Shown one piece after another: positions 1 to 13,336 of a DNA stretch of 64,000 nucleotides. Positions within the stretch are counted from its first letter, which is position 1. Every line of letters starts with the position of its first letter. Under the pieces are notes generated by a model. It saw only the letters and a program-made list of their open reading frames with translations, was not told the origin of the DNA and did not search any database. The stretch covers positions 382,959 through 446,958 of the forward strand of contig NMRA01000181.1 in NCBI GenBank assembly GCA_002633005.1. Reading direction: 5' to 3'. The translations under genes and the position numbers were made by a program. The stretch is from Phoronis australis (taxonomy: Eukaryota; Animalia; Phoronida).

Positions 1-359
1 AGTTCAGACTGCGGGAAGTTTGGTTCAGTCTCTTCGTGGTGACCCTCTTTTGCATGTATGTTACGTAGTCACTGGAAAGTTTATTCAACACTGTCATACT
101 GAAGAAGGTGGTGTTGAAGTTGAATTGGGACGTCACTGACTAATTCCGCATTCCTTGGTCTGTTATTGGTTGTGACTGTCCACTATGCGTCGCAATTGAC
201 CTATCGCAAGCTCCACCCCTTGCGTAAATTCGACTAACAACCAATAACTTTTACCCGGCAACGTGTTGCTTGTCGGGTAAAATGGCGGTTTGGAGTGTCA
301 AGAATGATAAGTTCTAAATGGTCAGTTAAGCCGTCACTTAAAATCCTGGCGATAGGACA

Positions 360-1800
360 ATGGATGTTGACAACTTTTTGTTAGCCTTTTATGCAAATCC
401 TACTTTTGCTTGTTTATTGAAACTCAAAAAAAGAGATTTGTTAGCGGTTGGTGGCACATTAGGTCTTGTTATGAAGACGGCAATGAGCAAGGATGAAATC
501 CTGAGAATAATTTGTCAGCATTGTGTAGACGAAGATTTGTTAACTGATGAAGTTCTTGATCAGACACCACCCCTTGTGGAGGTTTAGAGTGAAACTGGGA
601 TTGATGAGATTAAGTTACACCTGTCTTTTGAAAATTTAAAATTTGAAAGTGAGTTACAATTACAGCAACATCAACTAGGGCTTGGAGAATGAGAAAATAT
701 TGTAAGCGGAAATGGAGAGGTCAAAGTTTGAGTTATAAAAAGAAAAACTGAAGAGCAGCCTCCCGTTCAGTAATGCTAGGACGTCGCTAAAAAGAAAGAC
801 TTCGCGAGATTACGTAAGATATTGCCGTGCAATTTAGATGAGAGCACGTGACTTTGAGTAGGTTTTTAGCTAGGTCCTAGCGTAGGTCTTTGCGTCTACT
901 GAACGCACGCCAGAGTGAGTTTTAATGTAACTAAACATTGTAGAAGTACCCGCATTTCAGCAGAAGGACCTTGACCAGTATTTCCCGTGCTTTGAGTATT
1001 GCGTTATGCCCTGCGGTGTGAAAAGTTCAGCTGCGACTTTAATGTCCAGGTTTACATTGATGACATTATAGTTAGTAGTCCTACTTTAATGCACATTTGT
1101 GGGATTTGAGGCATGTTTTTTCTGGTGCTAATTTAAGTATTAATTTGGCGAAAAGTGATCTCGGTCATGCACGTAACGTTTTTAGGTCATGTTGTTGAAG
1201 GGGGGAAAGTGCGACCTCGTGAAGCTGTTTTGGCTTTTCGTACTCCCACTGACGAGAGGTCTTAGTCTAGATTCCGGAGAATGGCCGGTTGCTAAAGACG
1301 TTTTTGTACAAATTATTCTGAGGTTGTATTACCTTTGACTAGTTCTACTTCAAGTAAACTGAATTTTGTGTGAATTATTGCATGCCAAAAGGCTTTTGAA
1401 AATGGAAAAAGTATTGTTGCTGCTGCTCCTGGTTTTTGTGAGCCGTTCAAGTTCACTGTTGATGCTTCAAATGTTGGGGCATATTGTGTTTTGCTACAGG
1501 AAGATGCCCATGTCACTGTCTTATTTTTCTAAGAAATTCATGAGAAACCAGCGCTGTTATTCACCCTTTGAAAAGGAGGCTTTCGCATTGATTATGGCAT
1601 TGCAGCATTTCGAAATTTATGTATCGTCTATGAGTTCACCGTTGATTGTGTATACTGATCACAACCCGCCAGTTTTTTTAAAATAAGATGAGGGGAAATG
1701 ATCAGGGAATACTTGTGGGAGTCTCATTGTGCAGGAGCTCGAACTTGATGTTTGGCATGTCAGAGGAAAGTATAATATTATTGCTCAAAGTTAGTCTAGG
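360..1800 (+). mobile_element. Degenerate Ty3/Gypsy LTR-retrotransposon relic (gag N-terminus, RT and RNase H fragments; internally deleted, with stops and frameshifts)
   Basis: ORF 360-587 resembles a Gypsy gag N-terminus. At ~920-995 FNVTKH..VPAFQQKDLDQYFPCFE is gag-like. At ~1005-1080 VMPCGVKSSAATL and VYIDDIIV match RT motifs (VMPFGLKNAPATF, YxDD). FLGHVV lies at ~1180. RNase H motifs FTVDASNVG, SYFSKKF, YSPFEKEAFALIMALQHFEIYV, VYTDHNP and HVRGKYNIIA span 1440-1790. LTRs were not delimited. Confidence 0.88.
756..913. mobile_element. Small MITE nested inside the Gypsy gag
   Basis: Inverted ends cgttcagta (764-772) and tactgaacg (897-905), with gctaggac/gtcctagc inside. The segment interrupts gag-like sequence that resumes at ~920. 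Confidence 0.45.
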
Positions 1801-1907
1801 ATTCGACTGAGGTCCCTAGAGTCTGTTTTTTTTTTGGAGAGTTGCATTACGGACGCGTTTAGTTACCTTGTAAATATGTTAAAGGCCAAGTATGGTGCCA
1901 AAATGAC

Positions 1908-2520
1908 TAGTCCACTGAATACATGGGAATTAGAAGAATTTATGTGACCCAAAATTAGTTTTTTCACAATAACTTCCTCAATACTTTTAATAACAACATG
2001 AAAATTTCAGGATATGACAATCCTAGCATTTACTTGGTGAGAAACATTTTTAAGACAACAAAAATTCCAAATTCCAAAATGGCGGACAATATGGCCACCA
2101 TTATGACTGCAAAAACGTCTTATTGTTTTACGTTAATGAACTATATGGTGTAATATACCATTAACGAACTATATGGTGTGATATACCAAATGATAGGTCT
2201 TTTCATTCCTTTTTTGAAGAGAATGGTGAAAAACATGTTTAGGCAATATTTTCGACATTTTCGCAATAGTTGCCAAAATGGCTGCCAACATTACTGCATT
2301 AACGACCACAAGAAGAGATTGATTCAGCAACCATGTAACCATGATGTACACGTAATAAATGAATATTAAATGTGTTTTTATGAACTGCACGGATATCACA
2401 CAATTGTGTTATGCATACATGTTTATTTTGTACAAAATGGCTGCCAAGATGGCTGCCGCCCATAACAGAAAAGTAGTTGTAGTAATACAATTTTACAAGA
2501 TAAATGAAACCAAATCGAGA
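1908..2520. mobile_element. Terminal fragment of a non-autonomous DNA transposon (Academ-like end)
   Basis: Starts TAGTCC and carries repeated aaaatggcggac/aaaatggctgcc/aagatggctgcc motifs. These are the reverse complement of the gccgccatctt/ggctgccatctt motifs at the end of the Academ-like element at 45450-45630. Confidence 0.4.
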
Positions 2521-2707
2521 TTCGTTCAACTTTAAATAAGAACAAATTTTTGCTTGACTGGCAACAAGACTACCCAGAGGTTCAGAAGTCCATCTGTAAC
2601 AAATACAAAGGCACACTAAGTGCATCGCACAGATACAAAGGATCATCGTCATTATTTTAGTCCCACTAGGGCGTGCAATGCGGATGGAGCAAATGCACTA
2701 GTCTCCT

Positions 2708-3433
2708 TAATAGAAACCTAACTACCAAGTTTCATGAAAATCCATCAATGAAGTCTAAAGATACACAAGAAAACACACAAAAAAGTTGCCCTTGGGGGCA
2801 CACAAACCGATTCCTTTTTTCTTTTGTTCAGTGGTAATTTTCTAGCGCTTTATCTGCTGTGTCAAATGTTTGATCTGACATGCTTTTGCAGACTTCAGTG
2901 AAGACTTGAGATCATGAATGGTTTTCTTTTCCATCGGAACATACTGTAGCCGTCTCTTTAGTTTTTTTTTCCTAGGTGTTAGGGCTTCTCGCTTCGACGA
3001 TGGTGTTGAGGTGGATGGCTCTGATTCAACTGAAGGGCCACCTTCAAGCTCTGGTTGTCAGCTCAGGAAATACAGGNTAATAGAAACCTAACTACCAAGT
3101 TTCATGAAAATCCATCAATGAACTCAAAAGATACACAAGAAAACACACAAAAAGTTGCCCTTAGGGGCACACAAACCGATTCCTTTTTTCTTTTGTTCAG
3201 TGGTAATTTTCTGGCGCTTTATCTGCTGTATCAAATGTTTGATCTGACATGCTTTTGCAGACTTAAGATCATGAATGGTTTTCTTTTCCATCGAAACATA
3301 CTGTAGCCGTCTCTTTAGTTTTTGTTTCCTAGGTGTTAGGGCTTCACGCTTAGAGGATGGTGTTGAGGTGGATGGCTCTGATTCAACTGAAGGGACACCT
3401 TCAAGCTCTGGTTGTCAGCTCAGGAAATACAGG
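2708..3433. repeat. ~360-bp tandem duplication around a single N (probable uncollapsed haplotypes)
   Basis: 2708-3076 is repeated at 3078-3433 with scattered SNPs and small indels; the N is at 3077, exactly at the junction. Confidence 0.9.
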
Positions 3434-4117
3434 TTCATGGTGAGAGTCAGCAACCGCGCAAGACACAGATTCTTCACTGGGTTCAGGAACGAGAGGAAAC
3501 AACTCTTCGCACACTTTAAACTGGCACATTCTTCTTTCATTTGAAACTGATTGATACTCTTTAGTGACCCATTCACCAGCGAGTTGATGTATTGCTTCTA
3601 GTCATTTTCCAATTACCAATAAGTTCACGCTTTAAAGTTGACACTATCTTAGTCAGTGATTTGTTGCACTGTAAGAACACATAGAGGCATATCCATTTTT
3701 CATGTTTTCACTGGGAACAGAATTGAAGTTCTCTTGCAGGAACTGTCTCGCTTTGCCAGATAAAGAAAATTTACTTCATTTTTTAAAGAAAATGGAACCT
3801 GAGTGACGATGAAAAAACAGAAGCTGCTGGTAAGATGGAAATTTTAATCGAAGCCTTAGTGAATCACTAAGAAATTCGCAATACTCTCTTTGTCAAACCT
3901 TATGTTAAGACGATTTCCAAAGCAATCCCGTCATTATTGCCAACACGAAAAACGGATTTGGTCTTTTGGGCATTTGAAGACTATTTTAAATACGACAAAT
4001 TTGTTAAGAATCGATGGAACACAACGTGTAATAAGCATTACAAAAAGAAGTAGGTTTCGCGCGCAAACGCTGTGGACCATAAACAAGTAGGTCTCTTACT
4101 ATGAGATTAGTAGTGAA

Positions 4118-4190
4118 ATCGCGGTGGTGTAGTAGTAACGCACGCGCGCTCTATGCGCAAGGTCGTGAGTTCGAGTCTTTGATACTTGCA
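4118..4190 (+). mobile_element. tRNA-derived SINE head or tRNA pseudogene
   Basis: A-box-like GGTGGTGTAGTAGT (4123-) and B-box-like GTGAGTTCGAGTC (4165-4177) at tRNA spacing. The acceptor and anticodon stems do not pair properly, and T-rich sequence follows. Confidence 0.6.
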
Positions 4191-5559
4191 GTTTTTCTTG
4201 TTTGACACGTTCTCTGTGTTTTTTTTTTGCCTTTTTTTCTTGGATAATACTTCAGGAATCAAGGAAAATACTTGATTTTTAGATGTAAAAACAGAAAAAT
4301 TTCCTGAGCGGGAGGGGGGCAAACCCCCCGACCTCCCCCCATTCGGTGCTATGNACTGATGTGCAACAAAGTGAAAAACATTCTACTTAGATGAGCAACA
4401 CATAACAAAAAATATACTTTTTATGAGGCACTGATTTATCATTTTTCAAAAAATTGAACAGTTCCTTTCCTTAATAAGTGTACTTCAAGAACTTGAAAAC
4501 TACAAATGTAAAATTCTCCAGTTGTGGACACCATATCATGTCAGGCCAGTGGAATTATATTTTGTCAAATACCTCAAGCAGGTAAAGGAATCGATGTACC
4601 TACTCAATGATTTTTCAGGCACCAACTTCACTTTTGAAAGAATGACAATATTAGCAACTATTCTTGTCCCAAACTGAAGAATTTTGTTAACGTGTTTAAT
4701 TAATCATTACATGTTATTCAATGAAAAAATCAACAGAAGCACTGCTGTCATATGGAATTCACAAACTGTGGTTTTATTTCATAAAAAAACAGTAAAACAT
4801 GGCAATATTGTGAAGAAAATCTAGCCAAAATCACACTTTTTAAACACATTATCAAAGAATTCGGGTTTTGAGCCAATCAAATCTCTGGGATTTGATCACG
4901 TGACCAAAATTCGCCGGACCAAGATTACCTATACTACACCTTACAAAGTCATCGATATACAAAAAATACACTTGAAAATGTATGGAACTTCATCCAAATT
5001 GATCAATTCTGCTATTAATTTACATTAACTAGTCAATCTACCTAATTTAAGAGCAATTGTTAACCATAAACGGCAATGCTGATACACTGGTCCGTAATGG
5101 CTGGTCAGCGAGAATGCCTGCCTCGGGTCTTAACTTTCACGGAGTTAGCAGATCATGATACGGTGATTTGATTGAATTGAAACTTGGTGAGCAGTTGCAA
5201 AAGATATAAAAAAAGAATAAAGAACACATTTCATAAGAGAAAATAACTTACCTTTCAAAATACAAGCAGTCAAACAGGAGCGAAAAATTCCCCCAACTTC
5301 TCACCAGTGACATGCTTTGACAAGAATGAAAATTCAACAAAGAAAATGACGTATGCCCAGAAGAATTTACGGTCTACGTCATCAATAATGTGGTTCCCTG
5401 TTTTCTTGGTTTCTGGAGGAGAGAGAGCTGAAATACTATAGCCACCGTGAGACAATGGCTGTCTTATCGATAATCGCCATTACGCAATATCTGGGAAAAG
5501 CCAATCAGCGTTGAGACAAGACTTTGTCACGTCCCTAACTTTACTGTGCCTGGTAGTGT

Positions 5560-6765
5560 GGAGGTAGACAGTGCCACTGTTTCGACTAGCGGCAGAAACG
5601 GTGAAGAGCTTCATACGCCGGAAACTTTTCACTGACTAAAACATCGAAGTCACATTGTCATAAATATCTTTTGCTTACAAAGGGACACCTTTTAGCGATG
5701 TTGTTGATGTATCTTATTCCTTCCAACTCGAACAAATACTCCCGAACTTAATCTTCGAGCAGTTCCTCGTTCAGTTCCCAAAATCTGTAGCTCACTATTT
5801 TTAACTCTGCGCGCAGCAGGTGGTGTGATGTCATATCCCCTGCCGCGCGCAGTGTTAAAAATGGTTACCGATTTTTCAAACTGAATGAGGGACTGCTCGA
5901 AGAAATAGTTTGATAATAGGAGTATTTGTTTGAGTTGGAAGGAATTAAATACATTGACGGCATCCTAAGTGTAACAGAGCAAGTCTCCAGTGAACAACAA
6001 AAATGTGCATTTCACCTCGTCACGCAAACGTTTCAGTTCAGTTACACATGATAACGCTCAATTTCATAAAGGCAAAGGAAGGAAACACCGTTCTTCTAAG
6101 CCTGTCGCTAGCGAAGTGCCCGACACATACAGTCGCTCCCGCATGCTCACGTAACAAAGGCGCATTGAGACGCAACAAAGACAATAGCATAGGAATAACT
6201 GAACAATTATAACTAAATAAGAATAACAATAAGCATACAGCTACTAACGTCCCGTCACATTTTGTTTTCCTCCAGACACAAAAGGTATTTATAACAACGT
6301 AGCACTGGTGTTTTTAGTCAGTGCAAGGCATATTTCGCCGAAAATCTTCTGGCTTATGGAGTGCCCATAGGAGCTTCACAGTCTCTTCTGACTTTGCAGT
6401 AGAGACTGTGGTCACTGTCTAGCCTTTGCCTAACTCACGTGACTCAGTTGAAATACTTAGTGCTTATCGCACATGTGGTGAAAAAGTTAACAGTGACCAA
6501 AAAAGTGGAATTGGAATTCTTCATAAAAGTCACCTTATCTCTCATAGCTATGCTTCATCGAAAATATGTGAAGAAACAGAAAAGATCACTGAAGAAAGTA
6601 ATTTCTTTTTAGGTGATAGTTTTAAGTTTAGAATGTATGAAAGCTCTTAATCGGTGAGCGGATTTCACTTACCACCCATTTAAAATGCACAGGAAAAAAT
6701 TAGTGCATATAGCGATGGGAATATTGTAGCCCCTAACCAGAAACTGAGGGGCTACGTGTTGCCTA
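5560..6765. mobile_element. Large imperfect fold-back (palindromic) non-autonomous DNA element
   Basis: Nested inverted repeats centred near 5830: ttccttccaactcgaacaaatactcc (~5717-5742) vs ggagtatttgtttgagttggaaggaa (~5919-5944); ctgcgcgcagcagg vs cctgccgcgcgcag; tagacagtgccactg (~5565) vs ctgtggtcactgtcta (~6406-6421). The right arm (6435-6765) recurs inverted at 37675-37982. Confidence 0.7.
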
Positions 6766-7174
6766 CTGTCTCTGCTACCCTCTTTAGACGAGGCTGGCAG
6801 ATGGGTAGTCTTTCCATAACTCTCTGCACTCTTGCGTTTGACTGTGATGGGGCTCTGTCTCCAATTTTTTTGACAGAACAGTCTTCAACTTTGCAGAATG
6901 AATGACTAATCCTAAAAACAATGTTGATTGCAAGAGTATTTGTTCGAGTTGGAAGGATTTAAAGACTCCAACTGCCTCCAAAAACTTCCATCTACACTTA
7001 AAATGTACATAGTAACGTGACTTTGATAGTTTAGCCAGGGTTAAGCGTAATTTGCAGAAAATCTTCTGGCATACAGGTTTGATGTGCTGTTGCCTACTTT
7101 TCCAGAAATAGCTCTATTCATTTCACTTAATGAGATGGTATTTGTTGTTCACCCATTAAACTTATTTCAGTGTT

Positions 7175-10079
7175 CAGGGATATACCCAGGTTTCAAAACC
7201 CTGCTCGCCAGCTGGACGAGTGAGCCAGAAAATCTACTCGCCCAGCCCGAAATTCAGTTACCCAGCCGTTTGCGTCTGTCACCACAAACTTGCTGCCACG
7301 GTCAATAAAAATCATCGTTTCGTGCGTTGATGTCACCATCTATTAAGGCTACCGTATTCGCCCAGGGTGCTTAGAAAAAAAAATTCATTTCGGTAGGGGG
7401 GCGCTTTTTGTAGCCTAAGGTGGTAGAAACTACTCTCCGACAATGGGTGAAATCAAATTTACGAGCTGTGACGTATCTGTAACCCATGACAGACTTTCTA
7501 TAAAACTGTGGTGCATTGCTATCAAACTTTGTTGTTAAATTACGATCTTTTTTTAATGTGCTGAAATCCCATGTCGAAAACTTGCCGCTGCCTCGCGATC
7601 ATCGATGGGGCAACTTGAATTCTTGAGTAAAAATACAGTTTCGACCCAACAAACAACCTATTTTGTATCAATTTAGATAGAGTAGTTCCACTCAATAACA
7701 GCAAGTACTGTTCTTTTACCTGACACCTGACGGAGATGTTGAAAGTAACCAATTACGTCAGAGGTTTGAACACAGTCTGTTCAACAGTTCGCAACACGCT
7801 TACTGGTGTCAGCTTATGGGTTGAATTCATCGTTTGACACCAAAAATTAAACAAAAGTCAATGTAAAACCCTTACAAATACATCGAGTTATTGAACAAAT
7901 TTGTTGTTTTATTTTGCTGTTACGGATTTATAGGTTTTGGAATGTTCCTTAGCCTACAAAGTTCAGTAGGCCAAGATCGGTTGCGGGAGTTTTGGGCCCT
8001 GTTCGGTGATAAATTCGAATTATTCGTCCATGAAATACAGACAGGGGAACATAGCTGTGTCTTGTAATTTTAGACTTGCGATTTTTTTCAGTTCTAAACA
8101 CACAAAAACGCTTGTTATCCCAACCAGTGGCTCGGAACCCGATGAGGCCCGTCGCGGCCGGCCTGAAGACATCACGAACATAAACCAGCCAAAGTTAGAA
8201 ACTAAACTTCCAGTCACGAAAAGACTATACTAGTGAGCCAAAGAATTAATGTGCGCATCATTATTTTGGTGAATTAGACACAAAACTGCAAATCTACTTA
8301 CTAGCTCGTCGAGGGCCGCGAAGTTAGGTTACCCTTCCACAGCAAAACCGTCAGGGCAAAAGTTGCACAGTAACAATGATTCAAATAATGTATATGAATA
8401 TCTAAATAAAGATTCCCCTAAATCTAACCATAGGATATACAATCGAGGTATTGTTTCATAACAGCTTTCTGTCAGCAAACACTGAATTAGCATGTGCTCA
8501 CAGGTCCAACATGTGGAGAATTTCTGGCTTACACTGGTGACTGGTTGGATTCCCTAAGCCCCAGACAACTTTTACCAGGCCTATTCAGCACGCCCTTTGT
8601 ATTGATGTAGATCTGAGCTAATGAAGTGGAAAGGTTATTGCTAGCATTACTGTCTGAACAATGGTTGTTGTTAGTGCCCCCAATTTGGTTTTCTCTAACA
8701 TTTGCAGAGTTATAGCCTGCAACTCTGGAGAGTAGTTTTTACATTATAAATATTACAAATTGACTAAAGAGGTTTATCTTCACAAAGGGCCACTTCCCAA
8801 AGGAACGATAAGTTTCATATTGGTTTTCTTTATTTAATTTTTAGTGCTTCTGCCCAATTGTTTTTTTTTTCTTACGGGGAACGGGTTGATAACTTTTTAT
8901 CTAAGTTTTAAGCTTGAAGTACCAAAACAGTGGTAGATTTTGATCGCCAGCTAAACTTTATTATACAAGTTCATTGTGAGCCCATCCCTAAACTTACCAC
9001 ATTACAGGTGTACTAAACATTTCACGTGTCATTAAAGTTTAACCTTTATTAAAACTCTAATCATAAAATATTATTATACAAAAGTGCAAATGTGGTGATA
9101 ACTGAACTGAAGCTTTGGAATCTCTGGACAATTTTGGTGACACTGACTATATAACTATTCTAGCTCTTTGTCAGTAATAAAAAATAAAAAGTGGGCACAG
9201 CAACTGTTTCCTGGTCAAAAATCTGGTTGAACGAGATCGAAAGAATATTAAAAAATGAATCCATGTGATATCTTTAACTCTGATCACTATTTGGTATATC
9301 CACAGAGTATATCAATACGCGTGGTAGTTTGTTTGTCTTCAATCGTACCCAATGTTTGTAGCTTTTAGATTATTATTTCATCGATTTTTACAAATCGAAA
9401 ACCGTACTTGGTTTTTTTTTCCAGCTGAATACTGCCGTGGTGTTCATTTATAATGAAAATTAGTAGTTAATGCATTTTGAAAATTCGCCATTATGTACAG
9501 TCAGAGATGTTTAATACAGTTCATGGACTGGACTCTTAGTTTAGCAAAGTCTGAAAACGAGTGCGGGGGTCACTTATAGGAGCATGGACACTTATTAGGA
9601 CGAATGTTATCATTTATAAAAAAAATTGTCTAAAATGATATTGTATTGTACATTACAATAAGAAATCAATTCCAAGAATAATGGTATTTCACTTGCTGCG
9701 AGCACATGGACCGGTCTTCCGCCTTTCCCCCCTTCGCTTCGTTTCGGAGTAGTCCAAAAATTCCTTAGTGCACGACCACACACTGTGTTCTTTTGTCTAG
9801 ACGAATCGCGTAATTGGTGACATCTACTGAATCGGTAGGATCGCACTGCGGCGATGTTTACTACCAGAGCATCGACACTGACTAAACTGAACCTTAAATT
9901 CATGATAAAAACAGCACAAGTAGGAGAAAATTTATCCATGTTCATCGGAGAAACGATATAGTGTTTTTGCGCTCTGAAAATTCGCTCGCCACCTGGGCAA
10001 CCGGCAAGTCAATTTCTACTCGCCCAGCACCATTTTTTACTCGCATTCGCGACTGGGCAAGTGGCTAAGTATATCCCTG
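7175..10079. mobile_element. Non-autonomous hAT-superfamily DNA transposon with a 5-bp TSD (hAT5-like)
   Basis: Perfect 11-bp TIRs CAGGGATATAC (7175-7185) and GTATATCCCTG (10069-10079). Identical flanks GTGTT at 7170-7174 and 10080-10084. Clusters of (t)actcgcccagc-type subterminal repeats at both ends. No long ORF. Confidence 0.82.
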
Positions 10080-11046
10080 GTGTTCCCATGGAGTAATATC
10101 TAACACAACAACTTTGTTGGTGAACTTATCAGTCATTGAGGATATATTTCTGACTAAATGACCCATGGCGTAACAAATATGCAGACACTGGGAAAATCAA
10201 TTTTATGTGAAAAATGGCAATTGTGACAGCGTACACGGCTGCAGTCTTCTCGAAATTAAGTACATCTGGATATTTATTTCGCCCTAAAAATAGCCCACCC
10301 ATCTTGACTTGCGCACTCATGTATTGTCTCTCTGTGGATTCTTGCACCGCACTCAGTGGAACAGAAAATTTCAATGAGCTTGTGTGATGACATGTCACAT
10401 CACCATCCCCTACTACGAGCGCATAATAAGTCCCCAACCCCTAGTGCGGATTTATTTGTAGCCCCATCCCCTTAGTATTTCGGGCCCATGTAGTCCACCT
10501 GTCTGACTCGTCAAATGGTCGTGTTCACTTTCTCCACATGATGCCGGAATTCGGTATAAATGCGCGCAGAATTCACGTGCTATGCTGTGGCTTAATGTGA
10601 AGACAATTGAATTCTTGCCTTACACACACGTGTGTCAACATTTTTATACGTTTATTTCAAAAGCAAATACAAGTGAGAAGTTGAGTCCGGAGTTATGTTT
10701 CAACTGAAACACCAAAGTTGTAGGCAACATGTAACCCCTCGGCTGGCCGTGCCTGCCGTGACATTACAAGGTGATGTAACTACCTACACAGAAGTGATTA
10801 GAAGTGATTTGATTGTCACTTTTGAAGGTGTATTTTTCTGGAAGTTGGTCTATTTTCATTCAAAGTTTTTGGTATTGTTTGTATGCAAAGGCAGACAAAC
10901 GGTTACCATTTCAGTGAAAGCGGCAAACTTGAATTTAGACTTTGAAAGTCAAAATTCTCTCATATACCCGGGGTCAGATATCAGTTGCATGTGTATACAT
11001 ATCCTGGTGAGGTTGTATAAACATTACCATCAAGGCACTAGAGAGT

Positions 11047-11048
<2 letters not shown>

Positions 11049-11093
<45 letters not shown>

Positions 11094-11113
11094 CTTAGAT
11101 TGATAGATAGATA
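11049..11113. repeat. (GATA)n microsatellite
   Basis: About 11 perfect AGAT units followed by a degenerate tail. Confidence 0.97.
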
Positions 11114-12242
11114 CAAATAGTCAGGCATCTACACAAGTTGTTCCTACGTGCAACTTAAACTGACAAGAGTGGGACTTGAAGTAGCCGAAAGTAAACAACT
11201 AAACTTCAGTTTTACTAAGACTATACATAGTCATTGATAACTTTAGAAATATCAAAACGAGGCAAAGGGAGCCGCTTGGATGAAAACCACCTAAAACCGT
11301 CTTGTAGTTAGTCAACAATTCATCTCACTACATGAGCGATACATTAACTTGTGTTGAGTATCAACAAAATGATTATATATTTATGTAAAATGTGTACATT
11401 TACATAGACACATACCTAGGGATTACAATACAAACTGCCGATGCAGTAATGGGAGAAAGTAAAATAAGGTACAGATTAAGAATGATATAACCTAAACTTT
11501 AACATGGTTGGCTCAACAAAGGAAAATAAACGAATGAATGCGTTATGCATTATATTATATGAAGAGAAAAAACCACATTTACAAAGTAAAAAAGAACTAA
11601 GAATAAAAATGGCTGGGGAGGCAAAATTATATGGTTGTATGATTGAAGTTTATTATACAGAGCAGGGAAACAAGAATCAGGGTGATAGGTAAGACACATA
11701 TTTCTCACACGTTTAAAATTTTAAAATTTTAGCAATGGTGAGATGCACAGATTCTGCAGTTTGATATTGAGCATTTTTCTGAATAGTTTTGTAACAAATG
11801 AATTTTTGTGTCTGAGGAGAAGGCGTGAATGGAATGAGTAAATATCTTTTCAATTATGTTTTTGGAATAATATGACAATTAATAAGCTCTGGAAGAAAGT
11901 TGCAGAGGCTCTTGGCTTGAGACACTCAGAAGCATGCCAGTCATGTGACTCCACAGACTGACACGAACATCATGATGGTAATTGATCTAATTAACTGATT
12001 TCATGAAAAGAAAAGAACGATTGTAAACCAAAGGTAAATTGTCTGCAAAAAATATTGTTAATTTAAAGTTTGAAGTCGGCACAAAACTTGAAACGAATCG
12101 CTACTCGTTGTGGAGATTTCGTGGTGACTTGAGATTTACCCCAGGTCAACAAACGCAATCTAAAGCCACATTGATGAGCTGCATGTGACCAAATGGAGAA
12201 CTGTGCACTTTTGTTTTAACACCTGACACCTGTTTGTTCCAG

Positions 12243-12395
12243 ATCGGTTAATTGGAGAAAACAAGGTGAGACAGAACATGTTTGTACCTCAAGGTATTGG
12301 GCTGACACCTATTGATCAGATACATCCTGCTACTACCTTCGTCACCAAGACATTTGAGAGCTGTGCTTTCAAAGGAACTATGAGCTTAGTTTTAG
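12243..12395 (+). CDS. TIMM22: TIM22 mitochondrial inner-membrane import translocase subunit, internal exon (first coding exon found)
   Basis: ttccag|...|gtaaca boundaries, phase 1 to 1. Encodes xRLIGENKVRQNMFVPQGIGLTPIDQIHPATTFVTKTFESCAFKGTMSLVLG, matching the Tim22 ESCAFK motif. Confidence 0.9.
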
Positions 12396-13336
12396 GTAAC
12401 ATTTATTATTAAAGTGATTTAAATTTGTTGAATTACAAGGAAAGTGATCTGTTAATCTGACTGCTTGTGCTTGAATTTATGAAGAATTGGTGTCTCTTGA
12501 AGTAAACTTTCATAACACTGTGAATGCTAATCTTTATGACTACATCTAGTATAGTCTAAACTACTAAACTATAGTATGTTGTCAATGTTTAGTTGACTAA
12601 CCCATTGTTCGCAATTTTTAATTACTTTGGAATGCCAACTTTGGTGATTTTTTGAAATTACATTTGATCACTTTGGTTATCACCAAAGTTTCTTGAGCTT
12701 TGAGATGCCCAAAAACAGCCAAACATTGTTTGGTATGTAAGAGTTATTTCAGATAGTTTTATGATGTGGTATAAATATGTACTGGAGTGCAGAGCTGCGC
12801 ATTCCTATTCATATGATTGTATATGTACTATATCACCTTTTAAAGCTTACACTGTAGACACGATGATCCTGAAATGCTCTTACCCTATTTTACTCATCTT
12901 TAGAAATAAAACGTATTCTACTCCATTTTTCATAAACTACTGCATAATGCTGATCTAAAATGATCATTGAGATGAAAACTCTCATAGGACCACTGTGAGC
13001 ACGAGCGCTCCCTGATTCAACATATAGTTGATTCAGTGCTATCGTTAGAGTGTGCAAATTTCTTTCCCCTTCCCCAAACAAAACGTAATTGGCCAATGGG
13101 CATAAAAAGTTCTTTCCCCCCTCCCATACCGATTATACTGCATTAACTTTAATGATTATTTTATCGATAAATAGAGTCTGGTAAAACTTTGGTTAAGTCC
13201 TCTTTGTTTCATTAACTGAGTCACAAGCCTTAATTATTATTTAGAATTGAGCTGCTGGGTATGTTAATGTGTGCTGTTTTAAAATCATACTTCAAATGAA
13301 AACCTGTTTATAACGCAGCTTTGTTGTTGGTTGCAG

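Noticed and set aside
2708-3433. Genuine tandem duplication or LTR pair
   Set aside because: The copies abut a single-N scaffold gap, as at 34750 and 16694, which is the signature of unmerged contig overlaps.
3250-3760. Minus-strand coding-like stretch (…STSTPSSKREALTPRKQKLKRRL…)
   Set aside because: It is interrupted by stops and frameshifts and has no recognisable domain; probably a TE ORF relic that I cannot classify.
4118-4190. Possible amber-suppressor tRNA (CTA in the anticodon position)
   Set aside because: The acceptor and anticodon stems are mismatched; it looks like a decayed SINE head.
11400-11880. Possible LINE ORF2 3' remnant on the minus strand
   Set aside because: Only faint similarity by eye; too degenerate to support.
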